From IMG/VR virus record IMGVR_UViG_3300020471_000006, positions 138,520 through 202,519 of that record: a stretch of DNA of 64,000 nucleotides, one strand, 5' to 3'. The stretch's first letter is position 1, and each line of letters begins with the position of its first letter. The position numbers and the translations under genes are program-made. The notes beneath the pieces were generated by a model, which did not search any database, had not been told where the DNA came from, and saw nothing but the letters and a program-made list of their open reading frames with translations. This document shows, piece by piece, positions 27,960 to 38,083 of the stretch. The stretch is from a virus (Duplodnaviria; Caudoviricetes).

Positions 27960-29681
27960 ATGAGTCAGTTATTTGGCTTTCAAATTAATAGGAAGAAGGA
28001 ACTGAAGGGTCAATCTCCAGTTCCTCCTTCTGCTGACGAGCCCGTTGCAGTAGCTGCAGGGGGCTATTTTGGTACTTATGTCGATATGGACAACAGTGCC
28101 AGAGATGAGTTTGAACTCATTCGTCGTTATAGAGACATGGCTCTCCACCCAGAGGTGGATAGTGCTGTCGATGAAATTGTGAATGAATTTGTAGTCAATG
28201 ATACAAATGATAGTTGTGTAGAGATCAACTTAGATAACCTTGAAGTTGGAAAGGGTGTCAAGAATAAGATCCGTGATGAGTTTGATCATATAAAACAACT
28301 ACTCAATTTTGAGAAGAGAGCACATGAGCTTATTCGAAATTGGTATGTAGATGGTAAACTAATTTACCACAAAGTAATAGACCTTGCTAATCCAAAGAAG
28401 GGTATCTTAGAACTGAGATATATTGATCCCCTTAAGATCAAGAAGGTCAGACAAAAATTATCAAGCAACAATAGAACACTAACTCCAGAGGAGAAACAAT
28501 CCGCTAAAGCATATGAGTGGGGTGAGTTTGTAGACTATTGGTTATACAATCCTAGAGGATACCTCAGAGGTGGTGCTCTTGGTCCTGTTGGTGATATGTC
28601 CAACAATCAAGGTATCAAGATTGCTGTTGACTCAATCACCTTTGTTAATTCTGGACTACAGGATTTAAACAAAAGACTTATTCTAAGTTTCTTACATAAA
28701 GCAATCAAATCCTTAAACCAATTGAGGATGATTGAGGATGCTCTTGTAATCTATAGATTATCACGTGCTCCAGAACGTAGAATATTTTACATCGATGTAG
28801 GTAACCTTCCAAAAGTAAAAGCGGAACAATACCTTCGTGATGTAATGGCACGTTACCGTAACAAACTAGTCTACGATGCAAAGACTGGTGAGATACGTGA
28901 CGACAAAAAGCATATGAGTATGCTAGAAGATTTTTGGTTACCTCGTAGAGAGGGTGGTCGTGGAACTGAGATCACCACCTTACCTGGTGGACAGAATCTA
29001 GGAGAACTCAAGGATGTTGAGTACTTTAGGAAGAAACTTTATAATAGCCTCAATCTTCCTCCTTCCAGGCTCACAGATGACAACAAGGGATTCAACTTGG
29101 GTAAAACCACTGAAGTCCTTAGAGACGAGCTTAAGTTCACCAAGTTCATTGGACGTTTACGTAAAAGATTTGGAGAACTATTCCTCGATATACTCAAGAC
29201 TCAACTTATTCTCAAGGGAGTAATTACTCCTGAAGATTGGGATGATATGCAGGAGCATATTCAGTGGGACTGGCTCTTTGATAATCATTTCAATGAGTTG
29301 AAAGAACTTGAGATGGTTACTCAGAGAATGGCAATGGTTGCACAGATGGATCCATTTGTAGGTAAGTATTTCTCTGTCGAACATATCCGTAGAAACATTC
29401 TACAACAGAACGAAACAGAATATAAGGAACTTGATAAGCAGATGAATGCAGAGATCGAATCTGGTCTTGCTATGGATCCTATTGATGTCACTACATTGGA
29501 TACAATGGATCGTCAAAACATTGCTTACCAACCAGAGATTGATGCTGCTGCACAGGACAATCAAGCAGTGTTAGATCAGGCAAGAGCTGATGATGATCAC
29601 AAGAAAGAACTACAGAAAATCAAGGCCCAGCCTAAACCAGTTGCTGCCTCCGCATCTAAACCTAAGAAAACAACTAAATAA
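27960..29681 (+). CDS. gp20: Portal vertex protein gp20
   Basis: YRLSRAPERRIFYIDVGNLPK, MLEDFWLPRREGGRGTEITTLPGGQNLG. Confidence 0.97.
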   Translation: MSQLFGFQINRKKELKGQSPVPPSADEPVAVAAGGYFGTYVDMDNSARDEFELIRRYRDMALHPEVDSAVDEIVNEFVVNDTNDSCVEINLDNLEVGKGVKNKIRDEFDHIKQLLNFEKRAHELIRNWYVDGKLIYHKVIDLANPKKGILELRYIDPLKIKKVRQKLSSNNRTLTPEEKQSAKAYEWGEFVDYWLYNPRGYLRGGALGPVGDMSNNQGIKIAVDSITFVNSGLQDLNKRLILSFLHKAIKSLNQLRMIEDALVIYRLSRAPERRIFYIDVGNLPKVKAEQYLRDVMARYRNKLVYDAKTGEIRDDKKHMSMLEDFWLPRREGGRGTEITTLPGGQNLGELKDVEYFRKKLYNSLNLPPSRLTDDNKGFNLGKTTEVLRDELKFTKFIGRLRKRFGELFLDILKTQLILKGVITPEDWDDMQEHIQWDWLFDNHFNELKELEMVTQRMAMVAQMDPFVGKYFSVEHIRRNILQQNETEYKELDKQMNAEIESGLAMDPIDVTTLDTMDRQNIAYQPEIDAAAQDNQAVLDQARADDDHKKELQKIKAQPKPVAASASKPKKTTK

Positions 29682-29702
29682 TAAACACACTATGTAATTA
29701 TT

Positions 29703-29933
29703 ATGGCAGATCCAGTAACAGATCCAGTGGAACAACCACCCGAAGCGGTGCTTGATACTGCTGATTTGATATCGAATAATAAAAGGGCTGAAGCGATTGA
29801 CGCTATACAAGATTTATTGTATGCACGTGCAGCAGATGCTATGGGGTCTTATAAGAAGACTGTAGCAAATACATTTTTCGATGAACCAAAGGTAGAGGAA
29901 CCATCTAATGAAACTGATAACGGAACAAATTGA
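29703..29933 (+). CDS. Small prohead core protein (gp67/gp68 position)
   Basis: Acidic 76 aa ORF between gp20 and gp21. Confidence 0.55.
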   Translation: MADPVTDPVEQPPEAVLDTADLISNNKRAEAIDAIQDLLYARAADAMGSYKKTVANTFFDEPKVEEPSNETDNGTN

Positions 29934-30552
29934 AAACGTTAATGTAATTAGCGAAGGTAAAGGTGATTCTAAAAAGTTGTATATTGAGGGAGTATTCCTT
30001 CAGTCTGAACTAAAGAATCGCAATGGACGTATGTATCCATTCTCAGTTCTTGAGAAAGAGGTAAACAGATACAATGAAGAGTACATTAAAACATCACGTG
30101 CTCTTGGCGAGTTGGGTCATCCTGATGGTCCTACTGTTAACCTTGACCGTGTTTCCCACCGAATCACATCGCTTTCTGCTGAAGGTAATAACTTCATCGG
30201 AAAAGCACAAATCCTAGACACCCCAATGGGTAAGATTGCTAAGTCACTCCTAGAAGATGGAGTTAAGCTTGGTGTTTCATCTAGAGGTATGGGATCAATT
30301 GATAAGCAAGAAGATGTTAATGTCGTCATGGATGACTTCATGCTTGCTACAGCAGCAGACATAGTTGCTGATCCCTCCGCACCCGATGCTTTCGTGAATG
30401 GAATCATGGAAGGTAAAGAGTGGGCTTGGGATAATGGCATACTTAAGGAGACGAAGGTTGCTAAATATAAGAGTTACATAGACGATGCTACTCGTCAGAA
30501 CCTAGAGGAAAGAACACTTGAAGTGTTTAATAACTTCCTACAAGGCTTGTAA
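29908..30552 (+). CDS. gp21: Prohead core protease gp21
   Basis: LYIEGVFLQ, NRNGRMY, ALGELGHP, LGVSSRGMG, DIVADPSAPDAFV. Confidence 0.96.
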   Translation: MKLITEQIENVNVISEGKGDSKKLYIEGVFLQSELKNRNGRMYPFSVLEKEVNRYNEEYIKTSRALGELGHPDGPTVNLDRVSHRITSLSAEGNNFIGKAQILDTPMGKIAKSLLEDGVKLGVSSRGMGSIDKQEDVNVVMDDFMLATAADIVADPSAPDAFVNGIMEGKEWAWDNGILKETKVAKYKSYIDDATRQNLEERTLEVFNNFLQGL

Positions 30553-30595
30553 TTAATAAATAAACTATAGATAATTCAAATTTACGGGAAGACTA

Positions 30596-31759
30596 ATGTC
30601 AGACATGTTAAACGAAAAGTTTGAGGAATTCGCATCTGAGCAGAAGGATGTTCTCAAAGAATATCAAGATCCTATGCCAACAGTTACTGCAACTGTTATA
30701 CCTGGTACAGGTAGCGATCCAACTCAGGTTTCGGGTGATCCCCAACAGAAAGGTACAGGTAAAGATGAACCATCTGGTTCTTCACCAACAGTACCACCAT
30801 CAGTTGCTAATGGTCAATCAGTAAATGACTTGGGAGGATCATCTACACCACCACTTCATGCTAAGAAGGAAAAGGGTGAAGAAAATCCTGGTGCTAAGGC
30901 AGCAGCTCCTATCTCTCAAGATAGTAGTGCATCATCTCCATCTGGTAAGGGTGGTGACGAAGCTGGTGCTAACAGTCTTGGTGCTGAAATTACACACGGA
31001 ACTTCTAAAGGTCCAGATGTACAGTACCCAATCAAACCATCGTTTGAAGAAGTTGAATTATCTGACGACGTAAAAGCCCTCCTAGAGGGAACAGAACTCT
31101 CTGAAGAGTTTGCTGAGAAAGCCAAGACAATTTTTGAGGCTGCTGTGAAAGCAAAACTCAAGGAAGAGTACGACAAGCTTGTAGAACACTTTACCAAAGA
31201 GCATGAAGAAAAGCTCGCTGCTGCTAAGGCAGAACTCAATGAAGAGGTTAATGGTACAGTTAACTACGCCGTGAATCAATGGTTAGAAGAGAACCAACTC
31301 GCCGTTGATCGTGGAATCAGAAATGAGATTACAGAAGACTTTATTTCAGGTCTGAAGAATCTCTTTGAAGAGCACTACATCTCTATCCCCGATGACAAAG
31401 TGGATGCGGTAGAGAGTATGGCTACATCTATTCGTGAGATGGAAGAAAGACTTGACGAACAGGTCAAGGCTAATGTGAAACTTCAGAATCGTCTTAACGA
31501 GTCTGCAAAAACTGTAATTCTGAAACAAGTTTCAGAAGGATTGGCAGATACTCAGAAGGACAAACTATCAGCTCTCGCTGAGGGTGTTGAGTTTAAGTCT
31601 GAGGAGGAATACTCCAAGAAACTCAATACTATTAAAGAGTCATATTTCCCTAAAGAAAAGGCTCAAGTCAGCGAAGTATCTGACGAAACACCAGTAGAAG
31701 CAGAAGATGTTACACCAGCAATGGGTAGCTATCTAGACGCTTTGAATCGCTGGAATTGA
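30596..31759 (+). CDS. gp22: Prohead scaffold protein gp22
   Basis: LSEEFAEKAKTIFEAAV, FISGLKNLFEEHY; low-complexity N-terminus. Confidence 0.92.
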   Translation: MSDMLNEKFEEFASEQKDVLKEYQDPMPTVTATVIPGTGSDPTQVSGDPQQKGTGKDEPSGSSPTVPPSVANGQSVNDLGGSSTPPLHAKKEKGEENPGAKAAAPISQDSSASSPSGKGGDEAGANSLGAEITHGTSKGPDVQYPIKPSFEEVELSDDVKALLEGTELSEEFAEKAKTIFEAAVKAKLKEEYDKLVEHFTKEHEEKLAAAKAELNEEVNGTVNYAVNQWLEENQLAVDRGIRNEITEDFISGLKNLFEEHYISIPDDKVDAVESMATSIREMEERLDEQVKANVKLQNRLNESAKTVILKQVSEGLADTQKDKLSALAEGVEFKSEEEYSKKLNTIKESYFPKEKAQVSEVSDETPVEAEDVTPAMGSYLDALNRWN

Positions 31760-31795
31760 TTTTAATAATATAAAACACTTTTATAGAGTAAACAA

Positions 31796-33178
31796 ATGTT
31801 TAACGCTAAAGCTCTAACAGAAAAGTGGTCACCTGTTCTGGGTCATGAAGGGTCTACTCCCATCAAAGACAACTATAGAAAGGCTGTAACTGCTGTACTG
31901 TTAGAAAACCAAGAGAAATTCCTACGTGAAGAGCGTGGAATGCTAAACGAGGTAGCAGTTAACGCTGCTGGTGCTATCGGAACAAACGCACTTTCTGGTA
32001 GTGGACTCGACACTAAGACAGGTGGATTAGCTGGTTTCGACCCAGTTCTAATCAGCTTGATTCGTCGTGCTATGCCTAACCTAGTTGCATACGATATCTG
32101 CGGTGTACAACCAATGAGTGGTCCTACTGGACTTATCTTCGCAATGAAGGCACACTACGAAACACGTACTGGCCCCGAAGCATTATTCAACGAGCCAGAT
32201 TCAAACTTCTCTGCTGGATCAGATAACACTAAGGGTGCATACAACCCTGCTAATGATGCAACAGATGGTTCGAACCCTGCTCTACTTAATGACGCATCAC
32301 CTGGAACTTATGAGCGTGGTGTTAAGCCAATGGCTCGTAACGTTGCTGAAGAATTGGGAGAAACAACTCAGTTCCGTGAGATGGCATTCAGCATTGAGAA
32401 GACTGCTGTGACTGCACAGTCCAGAGCCCTCAAGGCAGAGTACACTCTAGAACTAGCCCAAGACTTGAAAGCTATTCACGGTCTAGATGCAGAGCAAGAA
32501 CTTGCTAACATTCTTTCTAGTGAGATCCTTGCTGAAATCAACCGTGAGGTTGTACGTACTGTATACACAATCGCTAAGCCTGGTGCTGCTAACAACGTAG
32601 CAAACGCTGGACGCTTTGACCTTGACGTAGACAGTAATGGAAGATGGTCAGTTGAGAAATTCAAAGGACTTATGTTCCAAGTCGAAAGAGATGCCAACGC
32701 AATCGCACAGGAAACTCGTCGTGGGAAGGGTAACTTCATCGTCACATCTGCTGACGTTGCTAGTGCTCTTGCTATGTCTGGTACTCTAGACTACTCTTCA
32801 GGTCTTACTGGTGCTGGTGGTCCTTCCATCGGTGAAGTCGATGACACTGGAAACCTACTTGTAGGTACAATGAACGGACGTATTAAGGTATACGTTGATC
32901 CTTATTCTGCAAACATTGCTGACAAGCATTACTACGTTGTAGGATACAAAGGAACTTCTCCTTATGACGCTGGTCTGTTCTACTGCCCTTATGTTCCTCT
33001 CCAAATGGTAAGAAGCATAGGTCCAGACACCTTCCAGCCCAAGATTGGATTTAAGACACGTTATGGCATGGTTGCAAACCCATTTGTAACACAGGCTAAC
33101 GGTACACCTGATGCAGAAACACTTACTGCTAACAGGAACCAGTACTACAGACGTGTTCAGGTTGAGAACCTAATGTAA
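31796..33178 (+). CDS. gp23: Major capsid protein gp23
   Basis: ISLIRRAMPNLVAYDICGVQPMSGPTGLIFAM, LKAEYTLELAQDLKAIHGLDAE, FQPKIGFKTRYG. Confidence 0.98.
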   Translation: MFNAKALTEKWSPVLGHEGSTPIKDNYRKAVTAVLLENQEKFLREERGMLNEVAVNAAGAIGTNALSGSGLDTKTGGLAGFDPVLISLIRRAMPNLVAYDICGVQPMSGPTGLIFAMKAHYETRTGPEALFNEPDSNFSAGSDNTKGAYNPANDATDGSNPALLNDASPGTYERGVKPMARNVAEELGETTQFREMAFSIEKTAVTAQSRALKAEYTLELAQDLKAIHGLDAEQELANILSSEILAEINREVVRTVYTIAKPGAANNVANAGRFDLDVDSNGRWSVEKFKGLMFQVERDANAIAQETRRGKGNFIVTSADVASALAMSGTLDYSSGLTGAGGPSIGEVDDTGNLLVGTMNGRIKVYVDPYSANIADKHYYVVGYKGTSPYDAGLFYCPYVPLQMVRSIGPDTFQPKIGFKTRYGMVANPFVTQANGTPDAETLTANRNQYYRRVQVENLM

Positions 33179-33202
33179 ATTTTGGTCACGAGATCATCAC
33201 TG

Positions 33203-33229
33203 AGGGGAGCCTAAGGGTTCCCCTTTTTT
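33203..33229 (+). terminator. Rho-independent terminator after gp23
   Basis: GGGGAGCC-taag-GGTTCCCC followed by TTTTTT. Confidence 0.85.
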
Positions 33230-33267
33230 ATTAAATATAGTATAATATGAATAGATGAGCCCACCTA

Positions 33268-33432
33268 ATGAATGGTAGACTTAGCAAAGTTGACATGACA
33301 TCTAGACTTTTGAAAATCAAAAGCGGTATTGCCACTAAACAATGGCATCGTGAATGGAATGATAAAGAAAGATGGGCAGCACAACAAGCACTAAACGACG
33401 CACTGGACATTCTCGATGAGTACCACTACTGA
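33268..33432 (+). CDS. Small hypothetical protein (54 aa)
   Basis: Hand translation MNGRLSKVDMTSRLLKIKSGIATKQWHREWNDKERWAAQQALNDALDILDEYHY. Confidence 0.6.
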   Translation: MNGRLSKVDMTSRLLKIKSGIATKQWHREWNDKERWAAQQALNDALDILDEYHY

Positions 33433-33670
33433 ACCACTAATTTTTAATCCGAATGGATTTAATCCTGCTGATGCAGAAAAGATTCCTCTAACAGATGAAA
33501 TCTTAGAATTGAGAACCTTTCTCATGACAACCTTAGTTGATGTTGATGTACCTGTAGCAGCAAACCTTTATAGGTTCTGTGATTGGTGGATCTTAACTCA
33601 AGATCACGGCATAGCAAGTGATCCAAATGCAGAAACAAATATCAAAAAAGCATATGCGACTTTTAAGTAG
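33416..33670 (+). CDS. Hypothetical protein
   Basis: 84 aa ORF. Confidence 0.5.
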   Translation: MSTTTEPLIFNPNGFNPADAEKIPLTDEILELRTFLMTTLVDVDVPVAANLYRFCDWWILTQDHGIASDPNAETNIKKAYATFK

Positions 33671-33866
33671 TTACTACAGTGTCGATGAAGTACGACACGC
33701 AAAAGTCTTTGCGATAGAAGACTTTGATCAGAGACCATATCAGTATAGGGTTTACACTACAGATCCTAAAAATAATAATGCCTTTGCTGGACAAATTCCA
33801 TTCAAAGATTTTATACATACAAATGAAGCAGAGGATTTTGCTGAGGACTGGGTGCAAAGGTATTAA
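33654..33866 (+). CDS. Hypothetical protein
   Basis: ORF ending AEDFAEDWVQRY; start placed at ATG 33654. Confidence 0.55.
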   Translation: MRLLSSYYSVDEVRHAKVFAIEDFDQRPYQYRVYTTDPKNNNAFAGQIPFKDFIHTNEAEDFAEDWVQRY

Positions 33867-34034
33867 ATGAATCCATTTTATAAAGTGTTGATGGGAATTG
33901 GTATACCAGGAACAGTTGCTTCCGTGGTAATCATAGTTAATGCTTTAAAACGGAAAGTTAATCCTGAGATATCTGATGAAGAGTACCAAGTACAATGGGG
34001 TAATGGAGCACCCGATCAGTATAAGGATAAATAG
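33867..34034 (+). CDS. Small single-TM protein (55 aa)
   Basis: Hand translation MNPFYKVLMGIGIPGTVASVVIIVNALKRKVNPEISDEEYQVQWGNGAPDQYKDK. Confidence 0.5.
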   Translation: MNPFYKVLMGIGIPGTVASVVIIVNALKRKVNPEISDEEYQVQWGNGAPDQYKDK

Positions 34035-34055
34035 TTAATAGCTTGGGAAGTTGAT

Positions 34056-34568
34056 GTGGCTGCTGAATGGTATAAAGAACAACCTACAAATAGAAATTTT
34101 CTATCCCCAGTAGGGTTTCAGTTTGATCTGGAACTCTTTTCGGGGGTAGATTTTTTCTGTCAGTCAGTAAATCTTCCTGACATTAGTATGCCTGTTGCTG
34201 AGATTCCTAATAAATTTCGTTCCATACCTTTACCTGGTAGTGGTGGCGTACAGTTTGGTGATCTAAACGTACAATTTTTAATCGATGAAGATCTTAAGAA
34301 CTACATGTCAATACAAAATTGGATTAGGGACTTCGGACTCACAGAAGGTCATGCATCTGGGTTGGATAAAACTTCAAGAGGAAGAATCCAAGTTCTTACC
34401 TCTAATTTTAATGGGAATTTCTACGTCAACTTTGAGGAGCTATTCCCTATAGCATTAACAGGTGTTAACTTTGATGCTACCCCTTCAGACATTGATTATG
34501 TAACTGCAACAGCAGTTTTTAAATACACAAGATATAACGTACAGACAGAGACTGGAACTAATTTATGA
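34056..34568 (+). CDS. gp3: Tail completion / tube terminator protein gp3
   Basis: NRNFLSPVGFQF, VDFFCQSVNLP, GDLNVQFLIDEDLKNY; GATAAATA at 34026. Confidence 0.88.
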   Translation: MAAEWYKEQPTNRNFLSPVGFQFDLELFSGVDFFCQSVNLPDISMPVAEIPNKFRSIPLPGSGGVQFGDLNVQFLIDEDLKNYMSIQNWIRDFGLTEGHASGLDKTSRGRIQVLTSNFNGNFYVNFEELFPIALTGVNFDATPSDIDYVTATAVFKYTRYNVQTETGTNL

Positions 34569-35038
34569 ATTTTGAATCCCTTCGTAATAAATTTGACAAA
34601 CTAAGAGAAGAGTGGACAGAAGATAGTCATGTAGACTTTCAGTTCAAGAATAAACAATACAGTGCTGACCTAGCACAGGTCGCACTTGACATTCCCTTCT
34701 GCCATAATAAATATTTAAACCACTATACTGATATTTCTCAGATTAAAACCTCACTTGAATTTGAATTTCGTAAACTAGTTAGAGACAAGCGTGAGTACTA
34801 TGGAGGCGAGTCTGACGCAAAGGTCTATGCCGAAAAACCATTTGGCGGTAGGATCTCAACTCAAGATAAGATGAAAGTCTATGTAGAGTCTGATGATGAA
34901 GTCATCAATCTAGAAGCGAAAATTAAATACCTAGATCAAATGCTTTATTGGTTGGATCAGGTAATGAAACAAATATCAAATAGAGGCTTCCAAGTTAAGA
35001 GTGCTATCGAGTGGGAGAAATTTGTTAATGGACAATGA
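34565..35038 (+). CDS. uvsY: Recombination mediator UvsY
   Basis: KREYYGG, QISNRGFQVKSAIEWEKF; synteny. Confidence 0.88.
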   Translation: MNFESLRNKFDKLREEWTEDSHVDFQFKNKQYSADLAQVALDIPFCHNKYLNHYTDISQIKTSLEFEFRKLVRDKREYYGGESDAKVYAEKPFGGRISTQDKMKVYVESDDEVINLEAKIKYLDQMLYWLDQVMKQISNRGFQVKSAIEWEKFVNGQ

Positions 35039-36501
35039 TGTCACATCTCTCAGTAAAAAAGAAGAATGAAGTCTACGTTACTATTGAATCTCCTGAACAA
35101 CACATACACCATGAGTTAGCAGATTACTTTACATTCGAAGTACCTGAAGCAAAGTATTTAAAAAAGAATCCCAGATATAGACATTGGGATGGAACCATAA
35201 GGTTGTACTCACCTGCTACTGGTGATCTGTATGCTGGATTGTATACTCATTTAAAAGGATTTGCTTTTGATCGTAATTATGATCTGGCAATAAAAAAGGA
35301 TGACTGGTATGGTCATCCTAATGAGATAAATGATTTTGTTTCTCCTCGTGGTATCAAAGTCTTTATGGATAAGATCACTCATGTGAAACCTAGAGACTAT
35401 CAATACGCAGCAGTTTATTCTGCTATTAAAAATAATAGAAAGTTACTTCTTTCTCCTACTGGGTCGGGGAAGTCTCTTATGATCTACGCCATAGTCAGAT
35501 ACTATGCTGCCACCGCAAAGAAGGTACTTATAATCGTCCCAACTACATCCCTTGTTGAGCAGATGGTTGCCGACTTCATCGACTATGGTTGGGATGCGGA
35601 TACTCATATTCACAAAATATATGGTGGAAAGGATAAAGTAACTGATAAGAATGTCATTATATCTACTTGGCAATCAATCTATAAATTTCCTAAGAGATAC
35701 TTTGATGATATAGATTGTGTGATCGGTGACGAAGCACATCTATTTAAGAGTAAATCTTTGACTGGCATCATGACCAAGTTGCATAATGCTAAGTATAGAT
35801 TTGGATTTACTGGTACACTCAACGGAACCAAGACCCATAAGTGGGTGCTAGAAGGTCTCTTTGGAGAGTGTGACCGAGTAACCAAGACAGATGATCTTAT
35901 CAAACGTGGTTATCTCAGTAAGTTTAGGATCAAAATACTACTTTGTAAACATGCTCCGCAACATTTTGAAACATATCAGGATGAGATGGAGTATCTGGTT
36001 AGTCACAAAGGTAGGAATAACTTGATCAAAAATCTAGTTAAAGACCTAGATGGTAACACTCTTGTGCTGTTCAATTATATAGAGAAGCATGGGGAACCTT
36101 TATACGATCTCATAAATAGTAATGTTAAAGAAAATCGAAAGGTATTCTTTGTACATGGTGGCACGGAGGTTGAAGACCGTGAAGAGGTTCGTCAGATAAC
36201 AGAACAAGAAAACAATGCAGTTATTGTTGCGTCCTATGGGACTTTTTCTACTGGTATTAATATTAAGCGGTTGCACAACATCATATTTGCCTCGCCGTCC
36301 AAATCCAGGATTAGGAATCTCCAATCCATCGGCAGGGTACTAAGAAGAGGTGAAGGAAAAACTGTTGCAACACTATATGATATAGCAGATGATATAGGTA
36401 GTATGAATTATACATTAAAACATCTGAATGAAAGAGTAAACATCTACAATGAAGAGAATTTCAAATATGAAGTGATCAAAGTAAACTTAACAGCAAACTA
36501 A
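35035..36501 (+). CDS. uvsW: SF2 helicase UvsW
   Basis: PRDYQ, SPTGSGKS, VIGDEAHLFK, RFGFTGT, ASYGTFSTGINI, QSIGRVLR. Confidence 0.96.
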   Translation: MMSHLSVKKKNEVYVTIESPEQHIHHELADYFTFEVPEAKYLKKNPRYRHWDGTIRLYSPATGDLYAGLYTHLKGFAFDRNYDLAIKKDDWYGHPNEINDFVSPRGIKVFMDKITHVKPRDYQYAAVYSAIKNNRKLLLSPTGSGKSLMIYAIVRYYAATAKKVLIIVPTTSLVEQMVADFIDYGWDADTHIHKIYGGKDKVTDKNVIISTWQSIYKFPKRYFDDIDCVIGDEAHLFKSKSLTGIMTKLHNAKYRFGFTGTLNGTKTHKWVLEGLFGECDRVTKTDDLIKRGYLSKFRIKILLCKHAPQHFETYQDEMEYLVSHKGRNNLIKNLVKDLDGNTLVLFNYIEKHGEPLYDLINSNVKENRKVFFVHGGTEVEDREEVRQITEQENNAVIVASYGTFSTGINIKRLHNIIFASPSKSRIRNLQSIGRVLRRGEGKTVATLYDIADDIGSMNYTLKHLNERVNIYNEENFKYEVIKVNLTAN

Positions 36502-36897
36502 ATGGAAGAAGAATTTTACGCTACTATAAAATTGGTCAACGGAGAAGAGATCGTCGCTAAGGTATCCTTTATGCCAGATGACGATAGTCTTGTATTGGAA
36601 AATCCTCTAGAGGTTGTTCCTGTCCAACAGCAGCGTAGTCAAGATGTTCAAATTAATGGGTTTACTTTAGTAGAATGGATTCGTTCAACGTTTGATCAAA
36701 TGTTTGTACTCCCACGTCGGCACGTGCTCACTATGACAGAGACAGACAAAAAAATAGAGGTCTTCTATTTGAAGACACTCAAGAAAATGCATATAGGTCT
36801 CGACAATAATAAGTTTACTAGAAGTATGGGTCGTTTAGGATCTGTGAGTGAGACCAAAAGGTATCTAGAGAAAATTTATAAGCTACAATCCCCTTGA
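36502..36897 (+). CDS. Hypothetical protein (Sm-like pattern)
   Basis: IKLVNGEEIVAKV...LENP. Confidence 0.65.
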   Translation: MEEEFYATIKLVNGEEIVAKVSFMPDDDSLVLENPLEVVPVQQQRSQDVQINGFTLVEWIRSTFDQMFVLPRRHVLTMTETDKKIEVFYLKTLKKMHIGLDNNKFTRSMGRLGSVSETKRYLEKIYKLQSP

Positions 36898-36912
36898 ACC
36901 CTTGACAGAGTT

Positions 36913-36941
36913 AGTCTATATGTTTTTTGTCACCTTGTCAA
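36913..36941 (-). promoter_or_regulatory. Leftward (antisense) sigma70-like promoter
   Basis: Minus strand TTGACA (36941-36936)-17nt-TAGACT (36918-36913). Confidence 0.5.
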
Positions 36942-36949
36942 GCCCCCTA

Positions 36950-36978
36950 TTGACATTCCCTTGAAACACTGGTATACT
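36950..36978 (+). promoter_or_regulatory. Sigma70 promoter for gp55
   Basis: TTGACA-17nt-TATACT; AGGAG ribosome-binding site follows. Confidence 0.85.
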
Positions 36979-37001
36979 TGATAGGAGTAGCAAGCAATTA
37001 A

Positions 37002-37508
37002 GTGGCAAATGCAACAATGGTTAAAAAGAAAACTGAGTACTACGTAAACAATAAGGAATTTCTAGAGGCTATTACGGTATACCGTAACTCTGTTATAGCA
37101 GCAAAGGAATCGGGTGACACCCGACCTCGTGTGCCGAACTATATCGGTGACTGCTTCCTTAAGATAGCTACACATTTATCATACAAACCAAACTTTGTCA
37201 ACTACATGTTCCGAGAGGACATGATTTGTGATGGGATAGAAAATTGCTTACAGTACATAGACAACTTTGATCCAGAAAAATCCAAGAACCCTTTTGCTTA
37301 CTTCACTCAGATCATATACTACGCATTCTTGAGACGGATTCAAAAGGAGAAAAAGCAACTAGAGATCAAGAATAAAATTTTAGAACGGTCAGGATATGAT
37401 GAAGTTATGCACACTGACACGTTTGAAGGTACAATGACTGGGATGAATCCATCTCAATCTGACATGGGCAGCATCAAAGAGAACATCGAAACTAAAATGA
37501 ACAGATAA
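37002..37508 (+). CDS. gp55: Late transcription sigma factor gp55
   Basis: YYVNNKEFL, YIGDCFLKIATHLSYKPNFVNY, NPFAYFTQIIYYAFLRRIQKEKKQ. Confidence 0.96.
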   Translation: MANATMVKKKTEYYVNNKEFLEAITVYRNSVIAAKESGDTRPRVPNYIGDCFLKIATHLSYKPNFVNYMFREDMICDGIENCLQYIDNFDPEKSKNPFAYFTQIIYYAFLRRIQKEKKQLEIKNKILERSGYDEVMHTDTFEGTMTGMNPSQSDMGSIKENIETKMNR

Positions 37509-38083
37509 TGAAACCATACCAAAACGCTATTCCTCATGAGGATATCAAGTTTAGAGAAACTCTAAAGCAACTACTCCATGACAATGCTTATAGACATGGA
37601 AAGTTTACTTTATCATCTGGACAAGAGTCAGAACATTATGTAAACTGTAAACCTGTCACTTTGTCATGTGAGGGTAATGCTCTGTTGTCTAAACTTATGA
37701 TTAAGTATGTTGATAAGAAAGCAGTAGCAGTAGGCGGCTTGACTCTTGGTGCAGATCCATTAGTATGTGGAGTAGCACAAAGATCATACTATATTGCATC
37801 TCATACTGATTTGGATGCACTTATAATTCGTAAGAATCCTAAAGGGTATGGTACAAAGGAGGTCATTGAAGGACCGAAACCTAAAGAAGGATCAATAGTA
37901 ACAGTATTAGAAGATGTAACCACAACAGGTTCTAGTGCAATGACAGCAGTCAGAGTGTTACGTGGTGCAGGTTACGTTGTTAATCGTGTTGTTGCTATTG
38001 TTGATAGGATGGAAAACCATCAGACATGGATAGATAATGATATTGAATTCTTTTCACTATTCTTACTTAATGATATAACATGA
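37508..38083 (+). CDS. pyrE: Orotate phosphoribosyltransferase
   Basis: FTLSSGQESEHYVNC, VGGLTLGADP, RKNPKGYGT, VLEDVTTTGSS PRPP loop. Confidence 0.9.
   Translation: MKPYQNAIPHEDIKFRETLKQLLHDNAYRHGKFTLSSGQESEHYVNCKPVTLSCEGNALLSKLMIKYVDKKAVAVGGLTLGADPLVCGVAQRSYYIASHTDLDALIIRKNPKGYGTKEVIEGPKPKEGSIVTVLEDVTTTGSSAMTAVRVLRGAGYVVNRVVAIVDRMENHQTWIDNDIEFFSLFLLNDIT

Noticed and set aside
33178-33270. Possible tRNA/ncRNA in intergenic gaps (also 21530-21577, 48828-48910)
   Set aside because: No cloverleaf or TTCGA T-arm context; explained by terminators and promoters.
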